A DNA stretch of 64,000 bases, from NCBI RefSeq assembly GCF_009914755.1, contig NC_060932.1; one strand, 5' to 3'. The notes under the pieces were generated by a model, which was not told the DNA's origin, searched no databases, and was given only the letters and a program-made list of their open reading frames with translations. Source of the stretch: the human T2T-CHM13v2.0 reference genome, Homo sapiens. Every line of letters begins with the position of its first letter. The stretch's first letter is position 1. Positions 58,051 to 64,000 of this stretch are shown here, piece by piece. The translations under genes and the position numbers were made by a program.

Positions 58051-58682
58051 TGGCTTTAAATGCTTCCAAGTTTGATTCAAGTTTACGGTTCAATTAAAAA
58101 AATACTGGTTTAGTGCCTACTTTCAGACACAGTGTAGATGCCGAGGCTACAGACCTCACCATCTGCGTGGATAAGTAATAAATACGGTATGATTCGGTGT
58201 GTGCGATAATAGAAATGCGTGCATCGCAGAAGTATACGATATCCTATTGGTTATTCATTCATCCGAAAAAACATTGACTTAGCGGTGCCTGCAGGATAAT
58301 TTTCAAACTCTTTGTTAGGTTCTGGGAATATAGAAACGAATACGTGATTATTAGGCTCTCAGAAAAGGGGAGCCGCCTCCGGACTTGGAAAAGCATTAAA
58401 GCATGTTAAGTAGGAAAGTTACATCATTCAATGAGTATTTACTGAGCACCTTCTAAGTGCTAGGCGGTAACACAGTCAACTATCCCTGAAAAATGGTATT
58501 AGAAAGGCTAATCTGAAAGGAGAGAGAATGGCTAAAGGTTGTTTATTGAGTTTTATCCAGCAGTTTGACAAAAAGTAAAAGCTAAAAAATATCAAGGGTG
58601 AAATGAAGATGTGAAACAATGGGAACTCTTGGGCTGCTGGTAGGAGTGTAAATAGGTACAGCCATTTAAAAGAGTAATTTGA

Positions 58683-58970
<288 letters not shown>

Positions 58971-59329
58971 AGAGTAATGTGCTTAAGGAGCTTTTATCCT
59001 GGGGACTTTTTCCAGTCATAAAGAGCACCTCATAGGTTGAGTTGTGCTTTTGGCAGCTCCTGGAGCCAGCGTTACAAGAATTTGAAATGGGGACCTGCCA
59101 AGGTTGGGCACCTTAGTAAACCGCACCCCCCTCTTCTTTGGACTGGGACACATAAAGAGTAAGGGTAACCAGAAAACAAGCTAGCTTCATAGTGTCTGCA
59201 GCCTACCTTAATATCATCTGGGGAGTTCAGAAAATCTAAAACAGATTGGCTAAAGGTGACCTGGGACATTCCTCTTGCAGATTTGCATCTGGTTTGATCC
59301 TTCACTTCAGATCATTACTCACATATCAA

Positions 59330-60680
<1,351 letters not shown>

Positions 60681-61342
60681 ATCAAAGTCTTTGTCCAATT
60701 ATGTGGATACATATATCTTTGGAAATGAATATATTGGTATTCGTTTCATTTCCTTCTTTAATCATTCAATGCCAAGTATGTCACCCCTAAATATTTTTAT
60801 AAGGATATTATACTATGCCTTGGGGTTGACAGTAACAAATATTGGAGGTAAAAGTCTCTGTAACTATAATGTTGAATTAACACATTAATTGGTTATTACT
60901 TATTGGTAATGTTAGTTAATTGATTAAGCAGCATCAACATTACAGCTGGGGTGGGAGGAGTGGAGAGGAGAAAAATAATTTGGACACCTCCTTTTAGTCT
61001 GATTACCCCTCTTTTTCAGTTGTGATCCCACTTGTCTCCTAGCCACTACACTTGATCAATTCTGGACTGTTATTTTTTACTTTAACTCTATAATAAATAT
61101 CTGTAATACATTTCTCTTTTGATTCATATTCACCTCCCACCACACACATTCCTACTTCTATTTTATGTTTCAGAATATGAGAAAATAACACCCCACTAGT
61201 GATTTGTTCATATCACACAGAAGTTAATGAATGGCAAAGGCAGGATTAGTACCTAGCTCTATTCATTACTAATTTCTTACTTTTTCATCGAAGTAAGTTT
61301 CGGAGGGAAAATTATTGAACAGTTTTTTAAAGTTTCACATGC

Positions 61343-61463
61343 TAGCTGGGTGTGCTTATGCGTGCCTGTAATCCCAGCTACTTGGTAGGCTGAGGCAGTA
61401 GGACAGCTTGAGCTCAAGACCAGCCTGAGCAACATAGTGAGACTTCACTTCAATTAAAAAAAA
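61343..61463 (+). mobile_element. Alu monomer fragment
   Basis: Monomer with A tail; AAGTTTCACATG flanks both sides. Confidence 0.8.
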
Positions 61464-61971
61464 ATTAATAAGTTTCACATGGTTATAGAACAGTTTTGGA
61501 TAATATTTATTTTATATGACTTGGGCTTTCAGGTGAATTATTTTTGATTCCTTATTTAGCTTAAAGAGAACAGTGATTCCAGAGGACCCTAACTTGTTCT
61601 GGAAGGACCAAGTGAAATGTTTCATCAGAGTAAATAGCAATTCTACCATTCCAGGATTACCAGAACATCTAAAAGCATCCTTCCTAGAGGCAACAACTGA
61701 AAGCAGCTGCAGACTTAAAGAGGACCAAAGCTTTACCAAAATATGCCTAAAGTATCTCTTAGCAAACCAAGAGACCTTCAGTGGGGAATACAACACAGTT
61801 TGTCAACTCAAATAATTTGTCAAGATTTATTAACTTGAAAAAAAGTTTAAGAATGTTTATTTAACTAATATTTTAGTTTTGTCTATTGCTTTAAAATAAG
61901 TCATGTAATTCAGCATTTTTTTTCTAAATGAATACCTCAAAACCTTATTCCATTTTAAACTCAAGAATATG

Positions 61972-62226
61972 TGGCTGGGCGCAGTGGCTCCCAGCACTTT
62001 GGGAGGCCGAGGAGAGTGGATCACCTGAGGTCAGGAGTTCGAGACCAGCCTGGCCAACATGGTGAAACTTCGTCCCTACTAAAAATACAAAAATTAGCCA
62101 GGCACGGTGGCGGGCACCTGTAATCCCAGCTACTCAGGAGGCTGAGACAGGATAATTGCTTGAACCCGGGAGGCAGAGGTTGCAGTGAGCCGTGTTGCGC
62201 CACTGCACTCCAGCCTGGCGACAGAA
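61972..62226 (+). mobile_element. AluSx-like, tail lost
   Basis: Alu dimer ending CCTGGCGACAGA without poly-A. Confidence 0.88.
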
Positions 62227-63049
62227 CATCTCAGATATGAAAGTAGATATAACAACTTAAAACACAATAATCAGAAATGGAATTTCAAAGAAGTCTGTAG
62301 TCAAAAGTGTGGAAGCACAAAAAACATAACTAGACTCTGCAGATAACAGTCTAAGGCCACATATCCAAAGTCAATCATTATATGTAAACAGTTGAGGAGC
62401 GGATGGCTTTGATACACATAGTTTTTAGCAATCTCTCTTCAGTTCAAATTGAAAAAGTACCCATCGCCTATACTTTCATTTCTCAATCATGCCAACAAAT
62501 AGCATTACGGATTCTGCTTACCTTACCTTCAAATTCTCATTCCAATAAAATTGCCATCACAAAGGTTATAAAATCTTCCAAATTGCCAAATCTAGTTGTC
62601 GTTTCATCTTCACCTTCACCCTCTGTGATCCATTTGGAGCCTGTGGCACTACTTATCACATCCGGAAACCTCCAGACGTTTGAGCTTCAATTCTGCTGTT
62701 CCAAAATGCTACCTACATTTTCCTCATTCTGCTCCCAAGCACCTGCCCCTCTCTTCTCCCATTAGAAAGTTATTTCAGAACAGTAACTGCTTTATTGAGT
62801 TTTATGCCATCATGGCCTAATTTAATTCTAGCAGTATTACAGTATCTGACAAATATCTGTTCTATGTGATCCCTTTGTCTCCATTACCACTATCCTAGCT
62901 GAGGACATTACTTTCATTTAGGTCACTGTATCCAAACCTGGCTAATTATTAGAATCTCCTGAGAAGTTTTTTAAAAAGAGATGTGTAGGCCCCCAAAACT
63001 TGCATTTTTAAAGACCTCCCCAGATGATTCCTAAATTTGAAAACCATTG

Positions 63050-64000
<951 letters not shown>

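Noticed and set aside
57362-58097. Several 107-168 aa ORFs in the CpG island
   Set aside because: Expected from stop-codon scarcity in GC-rich DNA; they overlap on both strands and show no protein-like signal.

Overview
AT-rich, Alu-dense primate (human-like) genomic DNA containing the 5' part of RAD54B on the minus strand: a CpG-island promoter with non-coding exon 1 (~57.8-57.95 kb), exon 2 with the ATG (50237-50387) and exon 3 (41109-41277). The next RAD54B exon lies beyond the window start. Nested in the same orientation inside RAD54B intron 3 is the complete two-exon FSBP gene, a Myb/SANT-like protein of 299 aa (CDS 19708-19335 plus 15495-14970). The rest is mostly interspersed repeats: Alu, L1, L2, MIR, ERV1/ERVL/MaLR solo LTRs and Tigger/MER DNA transposons, often nested. 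Repeat subfamily names and reference motifs are recalled from memory and no search was run. The most notable observations are: (1) collinear protease-, RT- and integrase-like motif remnants at ~32.5-40.5 kb resembling a very decayed foamy-like/class III retroviral or Gypsy pol; (2) a palindrome cluster, a uORF and a candidate RAD54B read-through acceptor directly upstream of FSBP; (3) a 53-bp ends-only LTR with a 4-bp TSD inside MER2; (4) an L1 with an apparent 3' transduction; (5) a perfect 18-bp inverted repeat in the FSBP intron.
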